Counted from the whole stretch's first letter, positions 38,902 through 52,373 are shown. The stretch is 63,647 nucleotides of DNA, filler included, from Sphacelaria rigidula (GCA_964200075.2; 6 parts of 6 records of this genome joined end to end with filler, not necessarily neighbours in it); one strand, 5' to 3'. Numbers and translations: made by a program. The notes: generated from the letters alone by a model not told the origin.

Positions 38902-39184
38902 ACAGCGGAGGCTGTTGAAGAGTTCTATTTTTTTGCCCAATTGATACATGAATTGGGGGGCAATTGAACGAATTTTCAACAATCTGTGCTGCCTCTCGAA
39001 TCCCATTCGCTGATGACGGTACAGTATGTGGGACTTGAAGAGCAGAGGCTGCTCGCAAATGAATCCTTTCTTTGCTCAATTTCAGGATAAATTGGCGGGC
39101 GAAACGAAGATGTGTTTCGAACAGCTTTTGCTCTGTACAAATCCCATCTGCCAGTGTATATAGGATTTGAACAGCCTCTGCTGT
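38902..39184. mobile_element. MITE with ~24-bp imperfect TIR
   Basis: acagcggaggctgtt / aacagcctctgctgt inverted ends. Confidence 0.6.
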
Positions 39185-39554
39185 TCGAAATAAATACTTT
39201 ATGCCTGATTCCAAATTTGAAGTCGAGCATAAAGGATTTACTTCGAACAGGAGAGGCCGCTCAATTTCCAGATTTCCATAGCACGAGCGCCTTCAAAAAC
39301 AATCCAGAGGATTCCGATATTGACACAGACCTTCGAAGGAGACCCAACATGAAAAGTCTCAAGAGGATTGCAAATACCCGAGATCCTCCAGTGGGGATTT
39401 CAAAACGGACGGAACTGAGGGTGACGTTTGGAAAATCCCCTATAGGATCTTCGACGGTAGCCGAATGGCCATGTGTGCACATGTCTTACGCCGGCGGTTC
39501 GGCCGTCGGGCTGCGTCCGAATTCCTATTTTTCCGATTGACATCCGTTAACACA

Positions 39555-39690
39555 TGCGATGTTTGTACAGCCACGATCACTACTGTACATTGAGATACAT
39601 CCTTTCTTAAACATATAGTTTCGACTTGCGTCACCCCCGGGAGGCCAGTACCAACCTCCCGAAGGGGAACCTTGTATATATATATATATT
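39555..39690 (+). repeat. retroposon-like 3' end with (TA)n tail (second copy 49895-50030)
   Basis: ttcgacttgcgtcacccccgggaggcc...aaccttgtatatata shared by both copies. Confidence 0.8.
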
Positions 39691-42367
39691 ATAATGGCGA
39701 AGGGGGTATCTCACGGATACGTTCGCCTCACCCATCAATGCATGCATCATGATCCATATATATATATATATATATGTGTGTATGTGCTTTTGACACACAG
39801 CAGGTGACAGCGAAGTATTGGACGGTATAAATGACCGGCCAAACGAAGTAAAACCAAAACAGAAAACACAGAGTCTCTTCACTAGTCGAGCGCTCAACAA
39901 TTTTTTCGCGTTTTCCCCGAGAGATTCTTTCAAATGTAACGCACCAAATACTATTACTTGTACATCAACCCACGAACAAGAAAAACATCGGCAAACTCCG
40001 TGTGGTGACGCGGCATAAAAGTCATTGTTTTGTTTTTCGCCACTTTTACATACAACCACATGAAAATACTCAAAACAGCAACGCCTGCTGTAGCCCATTC
40101 GGCCGTCCCATGCGATGCTCTGTCCCACCCTTCATCTGCTGCTTCAATAATCAGAGATCCGCTCCAAAGACACAAACGCGGTAATCGGGGCTACACCGAA
40201 TTTTGAGCATCACTCCGGTGAAATAATCAACTACGAGAAAGCAAAGCGACCGCGTCACCACCCCATGAATATAAAAAATCATCCATGGAACGAGGAGTGA
40301 TCGCGAAGGTCACATACAGCAGGCAGGCACAGAACACACTCTCGCTGTCTGTGTGCCTTTGTGTCAGTCTTCGCCTCTGTCTGTTTCTGACTCTGTCTCT
40401 CTCGATCACCCTTCTCAAATGCTTCACGAAGTACAACGCTCTTTTTCAGAACGCCAGGCATAAAAACGTGTACCTATGGGGCTCGTCTTCGACCGACACC
40501 TTGAATTCCCCCGGAACAAATGCTAACATCTCGTCACCTTCCGTTATTTTCACCATGGAGAAAAGGGGGGGGGGGGGGGCCACGGGGCCCCTAAGCCCCA
40601 CTACACACTTCTCCAGGAATNNNNNNNNNNCCCCAACAACTAACATATTCTCTTTCTTTTTTTTTTGTTATCTTGTGGGGGGGGGGGGGGGGGGGGGGGG
40701 GGGGGAGACACGGTGCTCCTGAGCTCCATCTCACACTTCTCCAGGCATACCAGCCACACTAGGATGCAGTATTGTATATTTCCGTGGCAATGTATTTACC
40801 GGCAGTAGTGTGCTAAAGTACGCCCGGAGATGAACAACTGGGGTTTCTATCATCATACCATCACCATACCTCAACCAGCAAAAAACATGGCAACCGTGTT
40901 CAATTTGACGCGCGGGTACTGCAGTTGGATAGTCCTTCTGTTAGCGGAGAGAGTACAGTTTTTCATGGTTTTATTTTCCCCATCGCACTAGCTCTTTTAT
41001 ACAGACTCGCGGTGGGAATATAAAAGGTTTCCGGGCAACCACGCACAAAAATAATCGCCCAATTTTTGGTACGGGATATCCCACTGCAGTAGCGAGCTGA
41101 AGGCCCGCAGGGTTGCCCCCACGCTGAGAGACGCATACGATCAACACGGATGGGGATTAAGACAAGCAACGGCATACCAGTAACCAACCATGAAGTGACG
41201 AGGAAGAATCAGTGATATACCGTAGAGATATACAAATAAACACACATACACGAAAGGATCATCGACAGCCCCAGAGATGACCTGAGGAAGAGCGGGAGAA
41301 TTAGAGAGGGAGGGGGCGGGAGAGGGGAACAAGAGTTGAAGAGAAGAAGAGACGCGACCATACCATGATGGGATCAAACCAACGCGACGCCGAGTAGGGC
41401 CAAGCGGAAGCAGTGTAGAAACAAAGTGTCGTCGATCCAAGAGTTGAATATGCATTGGAACGTGACTGCGAACACAAAGGGGTCACCATACAAATGCTAC
41501 TAGTACGGATGAACGTGAAATAGGAGAGGGGGGGGGTGGGGTACCCATTCTCTGCTTGACTCGGTCATTTGACCATAGACCATGCATCGCTTTCGAGACC
41601 GAGCACCAGTGGGAGCGGGGGTGTGATATGTATTTTCCCCCACGTCGGCCACTCTTGAAAAAAAAACACACATGAGGCGTCGTACGGTAAAGATGCATGA
41701 ACGATGGGCATTCGCGCAACACGATTATTCATTCATCGTGAGGTGCTCACAATTGCAGGTACTGTAGGAAAAGTAGCTCACAAAAGTATTGTAATGGGTG
41801 CGAAAATGAACTCTTTGAACATGGACCGATTTCGGACGGTGAGGGTATGCTGCGATCATGCCGAATGTAGAGAACTGAAAACATCACGTTCGCGGTCGGG
41901 GATCATCTTGAACTCGCCTGGCTAGAACAAGTTTAGGACTAGTTCCAACAAGAAAGTTTGCAACACGATCACGATGCAAGTTTCAGTCTGTTCGGGATAT
42001 TGAAACGCAAACGCCGTTCGCACCATTTCGATTTCGACAGGTGGGAGACGGAAGAGTTTGTCTGCAAGCAGCTGCAACAATGCTGAAAATGTCAGGTTGT
42101 CGCACACAACTTGAGACCACTTGTTCCTTCCTGTCCGACTCGTAGGCTTGGAATTTGTAACGCCCTCGTTCATGTGGTTCATGTTCCAATACGCCACTAT
42201 TTGCAGACCAGACTTATGAAACTATTTCAAGGTGAGGTATTTTGTTTTGCTCTCGCTAAAAGAGAGTCCCGCAATCCGGACATGTTTCGCAAAAGCTTCA
42301 TGAACCGCCACAGACAGCACCGCGGTAAAAACGAAATTATATGCAGACATTACTCGATTTATTATTA

Positions 42368-42402
<35 letters not shown>

Positions 42403-42502
42403 NNNNNNNNNNNNNNNNNNNNNNNNNNNNNNNNNNNNNNNNNNNNTTAATTAATTAANNNNNNNNNNNNNNNNNNNNNNNNNNNNNNNNNNNNNNNNNN
42501 NN
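42403..42502. other. artificial scaffold-joining linker
   Basis: N44-TTAATTAATTAA-N44. Confidence 0.98.
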
Positions 42503-44149
42503 GAAAGCCCAGCGTGCTCCGTCCCGGCTTTGTAGGGATGTGAGGTCAACGGTCTTGTGATTATGGCATACAAAATCATGAGTACACCCCTCAATTTACA
42601 GCTGCAGCACCATCATTCACAGTGGTCGCGAGAGAAGCACAGTCCCGTTGTGCCAGAGAGAAGCGGCATCCCGGAAGTCAACGACAGGTCGCCGTAAATA
42701 CTGTAGGGATCCACCTATGGTGCGGTACGTTTCTCAGATCGACATGACTGCAATATAGAAGGACCCTGCATTATGCCGGCACATTGCAACTACTGTATTT
42801 ACCAAATTACCGGACGTATCGCACGTGTAGACTCTTCTATTTATCGTACTAAGGTTGGGTGTCGTGTCTAAGGATCGCGTGCTTGGTGCGATTAGCATTT
42901 CTACATTGCGGAGGCAAAGTGGCAAAAACAGAAACGAGACGATGCCCACAGCCGTTCCAGCAAAAGAGCAATGGGGAGACGATCAGCAACAAAGGAGACG
43001 GCGTGGGATTCTCGTGGGCTGGCGAGCAACAGCAGGCGTGTGGGAGATGGGGAGTGGGGTAGGCGAACGTAACGCCGTGTAGTAATAACATCAACACGCG
43101 AGGTACGAAGCACCGTGAAAAGCTTTACAGTACCTGAAGAGAAACAAGCTGAGAGTGACACCACTCTGAAATTTCTCCCGGCACTGGTATGCCGGGAGGA
43201 AGCAAAAGACAGCCACGATCATCTGCATCCCAACGACCACCACAGAAATACACTCAACAAATGAGAAATGCATCGTTCTCACAGACGGGGTTCTCGTTCA
43301 GCGAACGAACAGAACAAACCCGCGTTGTCACCACTGCCTCACAGTCAGACTGATTGCTAACGCGCGAGTAGGGCTATTATCTCATTCGTGTCATATTCCA
43401 CCGCACACCATCTCGCACACCACAGAATATCCAAGGCGCTTGAAAATCCTCTGCTCCTTTACACACGATGCAGCAGTCGCGTGCTGTGACATCCGACGCA
43501 AACTACGGCCGCTAAAAAACGGTAAAATCGAAGGTGTTCCTGTACACATGGAGCATCACTGGGGGCCACGGGTGAAACGGCAGCAGACACGCCTCCTCTT
43601 GGAAAAATGGTGTCGTTGCGGAAAAATATCTGGTTGAGATATTTCCTGAAAAAAAAAACGGGGATGAGCTATGGCAGTGCGGGAACGTCTACTTGAAAGG
43701 AATCCGAGATCCGGTAACAACGATCAGGTACTACCAACCAGGTGAGTCAGTTTTTTTCCTGATCCGGATGTAGACAAAACCTGCAAATTTCCCGGCAATA
43801 CTTTGAGAAACAATCCGGTACTAGTCGTCAGAAACGCGAGGGACGAAAATAGCACATAAAGTTCCATGAGGAGAGTCGACGCGGTGCGGCAGTATTCATC
43901 CAATCTGTACTACGACACTGTCAGAGGCATGTATATACTGGGGGAGAGAGACGGGTTGCTGTGATTTGAATTATGGAGTTATTCAGAGGGACGAGAGGGG
44001 TTGAAGGTATCGCAAAAAACAAAATAAAAGGAATAGAGGGGCATTTTGTACTTTACTGAGTAAAGTTTAGCTTGGGCTTCCAATCACCCCGGGGTGGTGG
44101 TATCCTCGGTGACATCCGGGACATTCCGCACGAGCGCAGTGCACAGTAC

Positions 44150-44308
44150 CTTGGCAAGCGATATAGCGTCGATGTCTCGGCCCTCCCTTCCTCCCTTAAC
44201 AGTGCACTGATACCAGCAGAAGCGCTGTCCCATTGGCCCCCCCTTTTCTGTGTCCGCGATTTTGAGCACTGTGTGCTTCGGGGCACTATCAGCCGCCTCG
44301 ACATAAAC
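44150..44308 (-). CDS. HIS7: imidazole glycerol phosphate synthase HisHF, cyclase-domain exon 3 of 3 seen
   Basis: cag|VYVEAADSAPKHTVLKIADTEKGGPMGQRFCWYQCTVKGGREGRDIDAISLAK|gt; WYQCTV.GGRE is characteristic of eukaryotic His7/HISN4; 159 bp, phase 0/0. Confidence 0.93.
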
Positions 44309-45209
44309 CTGTGCGTTCAAAGATACACATACACATACACGGTGTAGGAGTACAGGAGAAATTTGAAGATTAGAAAACGTGTAAGCCCTGGCCCCAGATT
44401 TTATTGAACAATATCGTCAAAAGGAGTCTGTCCCCTCGTAATAAAAAAAACGGTATCCACGAACTATACGTTACAAAACCAATTGATACTTAGAGGGATG
44501 GGCAACGACGCCACTCGTCCTTCAATTATCGCGTATCACGGAGGATAGCACCCCCACACACGTACCCGGTGAGAAACATACGGCCGCAATAATTTTGGGG
44601 GAAAAACAAACAGGTTCCGCACAAGTCGAGGGATCGTGTTTTTTTTCAAATAGCCACCCGGGATCCCATCCAAGATCTTGACGGTGGCAACACTCTTGTT
44701 GGTGCGGCCTTTGTAGGTGGTGGTTGAAAACGAAGAGCTCGACAGCAAAATAAAGAACTTTTGATGAATGCCGACAGGCTGCGGGAGTGCTAATGGTTAT
44801 TATCCATTATCCAATGCTCGATGAAATAGTGGGGGCTGAGGGGAAGTAAAAGCCTGACAAAAATAATCACAGTAAAATGGTGGAAAACAAAAGTAGAACA
44901 TGCACACGTTCATCAATTAAAATATACGTATATATATATATATATTGAATGGTCACGAGTTGTAGAGGAGGGGGCTAGTTTGTATATGACAGCTTGGACC
45001 AAAGCACGCCAAGCTAAGGAGTTGTTTGCTGTACTACTGCCTCTAGAGTCCCCCCAGTGCTGACCGAGAACCTCCAAAAAGTAACCTGTCGTCCATTTGA
45101 GCAGTACACTCGCCGGTATGTCTGCCGCCTTTCTCCGAACAGCTGTGGTAGTCGTCTATGAGGGTGCCTGGGGTTGTTTGTTCGTGAGTTGAACCTTAAC
45201 ATGGTGGCT

Positions 45210-45511
45210 ATGTCAATCTCCTTGTGTCACGTGTCTTTTCCTGTTTTGTCCTGTATTTCCTTCTCTCTTCGTTTCTTTCGGTGTAAATGTTTGACAGATC
45301 AGGCGTTTGTTGTTTGTTTTTTGCTTGTTTTTCTTTCTTTCGTTTCTCTCCCCGTTGAACTCGGGGGAGCTACTTCTCGCCGGTTTCGGTGGCGTATCTT
45401 TTCTCGTTTTTATTTTCGGCATTATGTCTTGTAAGGAATTGCAGGGACGGTATTGGGAAGCAGAGCTTACGTCTGTGACCACGAGTTCGCGAGATCGGAC
45501 CACTGTGCGGA
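45210..45511 (+). mobile_element. non-LTR retroposon 3' end (second copy 61662-61880, minus)
   Basis: Both copies share gaactcggggagctacttctc...ggacggtattgg...gatcggac...tgtgcggaaat followed immediately by (AAT)n. Confidence 0.8.
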
Positions 45512-45530
45512 AATAATAATAATAATAATA

Positions 45531-45597
<67 letters not shown>

Positions 45598-45884
45598 TAG
45601 TAATAGTAATAATAATGATAATAATAATAATAATAATAATAATAGTAATAATAATAATAATATAATAATAATAATAATAATATAATAACAGTAATAATAA
45701 TATAATAATAGTAGAGGTAGTAGTACTACTAGTAATAGTAATAGTAATAGAAATAGTAATAGTAATAGTAATAGTGATAGTAATAGTAATAGTAATAGTA
45801 ATAGTAATAGTAATAGTAATAGTAATAGTAATAGTAATAGTAATAGTAATAGTAATAGTAATAGTAATAGTAATAGTAATAGTA

Positions 45885-45927
<43 letters not shown>

Positions 45928-45972
45928 TAATAATAATCATAATCATAATCATCATCATCATCATAGTAATAT
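45512..45972. repeat. ~460-bp compound microsatellite (AAT)n/(AATAGT)n/(ATC)n
   Basis: Directly visible; abuts the retroposon 3' end. Confidence 0.97.
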
Positions 45973-47888
45973 AACTTTGTATATTTATGGAGCTGTACAT
46001 GTTTTATAAATATACATCAACCGGTACCCTCAGGCCGCTCGCTCCCTGCGCATGTGCGAAGTAAATATATATATGTACATGTATCATTTCGCATTTTCCA
46101 CCACGTTCGCCGAATTTTCTCCGGCGGCAAAGCATCTTATACCGTGCTTTATTTTGCAGTGCACAAAGAAGGTGCAGCGGTACATCACCTGTTAGGTTTA
46201 GATGTAATGTGATACCAGTGGCGCGTGTTCTGGGCATCAAAAGTTGCCCACACTGGCTCTATTTCCCGGGGTGCCGATCCCGAACCACAAAAGCCTCCTC
46301 AAGATCGAGCAAAACTCAAAAAAGGAACTAGAACCACAAAAGCGTATTCATGGCGGGGTATTTCTTCACAGTGTGATCATCGATATAGTCCATCGGTTGT
46401 CGGCATGAGTGCTATGAGTCCAGAGTAGAGCGCCAATTGAGAGTACCTTCGATCATTCGCTTTCACTTGGGCAAACATTCATTCCGTATGTTCTCTTCTC
46501 TGCCCCTATCACCGGCGTTTGCATTCAGCGACACGCCGACATCATACTGAGGGATATGAAGGGCATCAGGGACAAGCTACCACAGATAGCATGTAGTGCG
46601 TGGTGGAAGTGCATTTACGATTTGAAAAAAATCATTCACTGATTGACCGCTTTACGTTTTCACTGTTTAGTATCTACTCTCAAGCTCACTAAAACGCTGT
46701 TCATCCTGCACGCAGAGCTATTTGTTGAACTGTCAGTGTACCTTGGTAGCAACAGTTTATGAAAGTCCTGCATGCAGAGCTATACCTTTTGAACATGAAT
46801 CAGTAGTACGAATGCACTCTCCTGTAATATGGACATACTATTAACAGGTGAGGTAGAAATAGTCCTGTATACAAGGCTGCACCTACCGTGCTGTTATTAT
46901 ACAACAGTCCAACTGATCATTTTCAAGAGACCTTTATTCGGGTGTTGACCTGGTGTTCAACGCATCTCAATAGTTGGGGAAGAAACATTTACCATCGTCA
47001 TATTTATTATACACTCCACGAAAGCATGTTTAAATCATCAATAGTTGTACCTCAAACTCGGACTGGAAAAATAGAACAAAGAGCTAGCGAATAAACCAAG
47101 AAACCGAGAGCAAAGTTGGATATACCTCTGTTGATGATGAGATGAAAAGAGTAGATATCCATGCCTCGTCAGCCGGTGACCAGCTGTCGTGGTCAAATAC
47201 TTCAAACTGACTGAGAAAAAACAGAATCCGGCCAAGATAAAAACTGGGGGTACGAAATATCGGACAAGCGTCCTGGAATCCTCGTGAAAAATGGAGCAAA
47301 TCTTTCCGAGGAGGCCAAGTCCGCCAAGGCACGTATTCCGCCAATAATCCGTGATGGAAAGGTTCAAAAGGGCAATTTTCAGACAGATTTTTTTTCAGTC
47401 TATAAGAAGCGGCCTGACAGGGGATCATCACTGCCTTTCCCTCGTGGACCGTCTGCTGGATATATGGCTAGGTAGGTAATTAGCTACCTAGGCGACATCA
47501 TCTGGCAATACCACAGACTGTACTATTTTTTTTCGAAACAAGACCGTACAGTTCATTAAGTTCGCAACCATGGGGTTGGACGGCTCCGGGGTTTCTCCTC
47601 TATATTCATTTTCGAAACAAGATCGTGCAGCACAATAAATCCGTAACCATGTGTTCGGAGAGCTCAGGTGTTTCTCCCCGAACACAAGAGTAGTTACATG
47701 CACGTGCACTAACGACTAACGCAACCGAGCGGAATTTATGGCTAAGTAGCCAAGGATAAGTTGGATGGAGTTTGCATGGTCCTGTGAACAGGTGTTATCT
47801 GGCGTGGTAATCTATAAGATAGGAGTGAAGCGCCGCTTCGTGCCTTTCGACCGCATGTTTTCGATCGAAAACGATTGTTTTACACACT

Positions 47889-48138
47889 TTGCATCACCCC
47901 ACAGAGAGGAGCCTAGCCCACTTTTCAGCTTCGCCTGGCATCAAGGTTTCGAGAGTGGCCGCTGAACAATAATCCGTGTGCAATATAACCTATGGCGATC
48001 TCCACAGATTATTAGGCAGAGTGATGTTGGCAAGCACAGATTATTGCGTACGACTTACTGTTCAGCGGCCAATCTCGAAACCTCGAAGCCAAGAGAATCT
48101 GAAAAGTAGGCTAAGCTCCTCTCTGTGGGGTGATGCAA
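47889..48138. repeat. long inverted repeat / foldback in His7 intron
   Basis: 80-bp arms 47889-47968 and 48059-48138, 72/80 complementary, no gaps. Confidence 0.9.
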
Positions 48139-48641
48139 CGTGTACGAGACGTGTGTAAGCGATTTTCCCTGTTTGGGGGTCAAAACGTGGGTTCAAGGCC
48201 CCAAAAGTGAACAATCCGTGGCCCAGAAATCTGTTTTGCCATAAACATCCGGCCTTCATACCGTAGGGCCATTTTTCATGAAAAAAGGTGAAAGATCGGA
48301 GCGTAGCGGGATATGAGGTTTGTGGAACGGGTACGAAAGTAAACAATCTAGGCTAATGTAAGGACAATTTATTGTGGAACGGTCGATGCAAACAAATAGG
48401 TCAGTCACGGAGATTGAGATTGTTTGGATCACATCGTGTGTTCACGATCGGGGTACATATTACACTAATACCGTAGTCGGACCGGGAGGGACAGGCTCCG
48501 GGCATTGCGTATGGCACGATTTCAGAGGAAATCAGGAGAGGCGTGTAATAGGGAATGCGATAGCAGAAATGAACACATGCACAAATTTGCATGTTACGGT
48601 CTGGCTTGAATTTGCGTTGCATCACATATGATATTCACGTA

Positions 48642-48838
48642 TCTCAAACTCGGCTCCCGGTATCCTGGTTTATTCGCTGGCTCTGAGTAGTGTCCTATTT
48701 TTTCAAGTGAAAGTGATCGCGATTCATGGGAGGACCTGACCCGGCGGTCAAAGGGTCTCATTTTCCGATGAATCGGCATCACTTTCACTTGAAAAAATAG
48801 GACAAGACAAACCAGGATGCCGGGAGCCGAATTTGGGA
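48642..48838. repeat. inverted repeat made of two back-to-back MITE-end sequences
   Basis: 48642-48727 pairs with 48768-48838; contains the gaatcggcatca...tcacttgaaaaaa motif also at 18733, 30109, 30653 and 56575. Confidence 0.75.
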
Positions 48839-50213
48839 CACCTCTGATAACAAATATTCCACATCCATATCATGATGAAAGAGCGAATCTCCGGAAAACC
48901 TATGAATTCCCAGACAACGAGATTTTTCCAAATCTCTCTGACAAGAGCCATCGATTCCCAGAGCCATTTCTCTGTCTGGGAATTGACGTTCCATCACACA
49001 CTCCTCGCTTACAAGTGTAGTACAGTCAGTCCAAAAGTAGTCGTGCATGTTGTATGTACAGTACCGTGGGGACAGACCTTACAGTACAGTGCTTTTTTCG
49101 TCGACAGCTTTTCCACTCTAAGATAGCACGATGTCGCTCATGCTGGCTGTGTTGACTGCTCATATCGTGCCATGCTCGTCGTGCCCGCCACCGATTTCAA
49201 ACTCTGCAGTATTCTGTGTACTGAGACGGTTGCTACCGCACTACTGACTGTCACGTGAGTATGTTGTGTGCGTGATGGCACAAACCGCATGCTGCACACA
49301 CTGCACCGCTTGCGACACTACAACTGTAGCAAGCGGCGCTCGGCTGAAATAAGGGTTGATACGCCTGTCATTTGGATTATTTTCATATCCTTAGCTACTG
49401 TGCGTGTGCGTGCGTGTGTGCGTGTGCGTGCGCGTGTATGTGTGTGTGTGTTATCATCCCATCTATCCTGTACCTCGACGGGATTATTTACGTGTTTGTT
49501 TACCGCAGTTGGGACGAGCACAAAATGCAAATGATGACCACGACAATGTATAACCGTCTTCACGCCGCCTTGATGATGGCCTCGGGTGTACAAATCCCCA
49601 GGATTTTCTACAAACTAAAGGGTGGGGTTTTGAAAACTGATTTCACCGAAATGTCTCTGAGAAAAGTAGTCCGGAATGACGTCTGTCAGAGACTTTTGTC
49701 AGTCTATGAGAAGCGGCCTCACAAAAATCATTTCTCAACAGGTTCTGAACAGATTTGGCAAGGTCACGCACAACGTGCACAGCTGATGAGCAGCTACGCA
49801 TATGCCACAAGTGTCGAAATTATTGCCGCCCAACAATGGTACGATCTTCCATTCGTGTTACTCAATTTGGTCAACCTTATCCGGAGCCACTATCCGATGT
49901 TTTGTACAGCCACATTCACTACTATACATGGAGATACAACAGCCTATCTTACCCATATATTTTCGACTTGCGTCACCCCCGGGAGGCCCGTACCAAGCTT
50001 CCGAAGGGAAACCTTGTATATATATATAGATGTATATTGTTTAAAACTGCCTGTTTGGCGCTCCTACGTAGTTTTACGTCCTGGCAGAGAGCTAGGTGGA
50101 TGTTGACACATTGGAATGACTTGTTCTACTCGTGGGCACCATTCCAGGATACCTTTGTTTCCCAGTCGCCGCAGCTTTATTTTTATACTTTTTCCCGTCC
50201 ACTTTTGGTGGTC

Positions 50214-50380
50214 GTGTGTCGAAATTTTGTGTGGGACCTCGCCAGGGCATAACGAACCCAAAACGTCCGCTTCTCGGCTGGCCCAGCCTAGAAACAGTAT
50301 TTTGCAAGCCACTTCCCGGTCCACGTTTGGTGTTTGTGTGTCGAAATTTTGTGTGGGACCTCGCCAGGGCATAACGAACC
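50214..50380. repeat. tandem duplication, ~121-bp period
   Basis: gtgtgtcgaaattttgtgtgggacctcgccagggcataacgaacc occurs twice; related minus copy at ~59520-59590. Confidence 0.8.
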
Positions 50381-51484
50381 AAAAAAATGGATCCTTTTTT
50401 TTCTTGACTAGTTTACGGCATTTTAGTATGGTGACGACCATTTTTTTCCGAGAACTCCCGAACCTCTCCCGGAATAAAAATGAAGTTTTTTCAAAATTAA
50501 TTTTGCATACCTCATCCCCACGTGCTGCCAGCCTTGGCTTGTTTACATCCTCCTCTCTTCACGGAGAGTCTGCAGCTGCATATTATTGATGAATTATTTT
50601 CGAATCGCTCACCGCTTTTAATGGGATTTGAATGTCATTCAAGACTTAAGCTCCTCAATGCGAGGGGTGACATTTTCTACGGTTTTCAACATGTTTGAAG
50701 GGAAAACGAGCCAAATAACGCAGCGTTTCTCGCCTCCGGCAGCGCTTCCGCGAGGCCCCCTACCAGCCGGACGGGGGGGGGGGGGCGATGTTTTTCCAGT
50801 CAATCGGCGAAGCCGATTAATTGGAAAAGCATCGATGTACTGGCCGCTGGCCAGTTTAAACTTAACTGGCCAGAGCAGCCAGTTCACGACTCTAGAAAAT
50901 GCAAATTTGTCCAATAAAAATAGCTGCGGCCATCGGAGAACGCGAAGGTGACCTGGAACGGTCTCAACCAGTAGAGCAAGGTTTTCCACGGTATCAACAT
51001 CCGCCTACTGTAGCCCTCTTTTTTTAGGGCGTAAAACGACGCAGAAGCACGAAAAAGGCAGTTTTCAACGATGTTATTTCTACACATAAAAGTGACCTAA
51101 CCCCAACATAGCTACATTGACTAGATACATTTTTTTTAGGGGATATAAATACTGTATCAAGATATATTCAATAATTGAATATGTATATTTATATATATGT
51201 ATCATAAAATTTCAACATCAATAAATAAGAAATAAATGGATGAATAAATGGATGTAAAATTATTCATCTAAAAAGTATAAATGGAGGATTCATGGACAAA
51301 TTATTGAATCAGTTAATCATAAATCGATAAATAAAAAAACAAAGAGAGAAACGAACACGGGTTCAATTGCCGAGTTAATAAAATGAATAACAACACAACT
51401 ATACACGCGTCAACGAGCCGTCATCACCCGAGGGTGTTATACTTGGTCACGTATGTCACGTTCCCATGTCTGTAGTGTACTTAC

Positions 51485-51589
51485 CCTCTTGGGGTCGACG
51501 GAAACCACCACGGCCTGCTTCCCGTAAACGTTTGATATTTGCTCGATCGAGCTTCCTCCGGAGACCACACCTCCAGCGGCTAGCAGCGC
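51485..51589 (-). CDS. HIS7: HisHF cyclase-domain exon 2 of 3 seen
   Basis: cag|ALLAAGGVVSGGSSIEQISNVYGKQAVVVSVDPKR|gtaagt; 105 bp, phase 0/0; matches the SS.EQIS..YG.QAVVVS.DP motif. Confidence 0.95.
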
Positions 51590-51981
51590 CTGCGAACGCA
51601 CCACACCAGTAACAACAAGCAAATATTGAAATCCGGCGAAGTATACAGGTACTTGGAGGTAAAGAAGTACAGCACACAAACAGACATAAACCCACCAGAA
51701 CGAAACTCCTTCAAAGGCCTGATGGAAAAGCGAGTACTTTTGATGCCTAGTCGAAATCCACAATCCGCACTTGTCGCCCGGTCATCGTGCAGTGGTTCTG
51801 CACGCTATGGCACACGCTGACGCACCTCTCGTGGAGGCAACTTTAGAGGAACCCTGAAGCGAATGAGGAGCAAATCAGTGATGATAATCCGCTGACCCGG
51901 CGTCACACGAAGAGCAAAAACATCGCTTCCATTGTGGTAGTCTCCGCAATAGACGACCGGTAATGCTACACCCTAGACAAA

Positions 51982-52030
51982 TGCTGCTGCTACTGCTGCT
52001 GCTATTGCTGCTGCTGCTGCTGCTGCTGCT
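51982..52030. repeat. (CTG)n microsatellite, intronic
   Basis: Directly visible. Confidence 0.9.
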
Positions 52031-52283
52031 CCTCCACCTCCTTCAACTGCTGCTACTACTACCATCACCGCCATTACCACTATTACTCCAACTCCTCCGC
52101 CTACCACTTAGTGCAACTACTTGAACGTAGTATAGCGAATCGAACCTATAACAAACACTTTTGACCGCGGCCTGTGATGGGACCCTCATAGTACTACCTC
52201 TGTTTCTGGCACTACTAAATACTGCAACTATTACTACTTGTACTACTCGAAGTTCTACAGTAGAAACAACACGCTGATTGTAC

Positions 52284-52373
52284 CTCCGCAGCGTACACAG
52301 CATCAGATCCGATGGACACCTTGTCAGCGCCAGCCCGGAAGTACCTGGACGCCACCTCCACGGCAGAGTAAGT
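52284..52373 (-). CDS. HIS7: HisHF cyclase-domain exon 1 of 3 seen
   Basis: cag|[30 protein letters not shown]|gt; GADKVSIG is the HisF motif; 90 bp, phase 0/0; this frame is missing from the supplied ORF track. Confidence 0.95.

Noticed and set aside
40470..41282. Possible additional minus-strand exons (VISGAVDDPF; VKITEGDEMLAFVPGEFKVSVEDEPH)
   Set aside because: No recognisable match to MCM9, weak or missing splice sites, and adjacent to a low-quality gap.
45453..46000. Poly-Ile / Ile-Thr ORFs
   Set aside because: Translations of the microsatellite.
49372..50106. Longest ORF in the track (244 aa)
   Set aside because: Lies antisense inside the His7 intron, spans a (GT/GC) microsatellite and repeat fragments, and has no recognisable domain.
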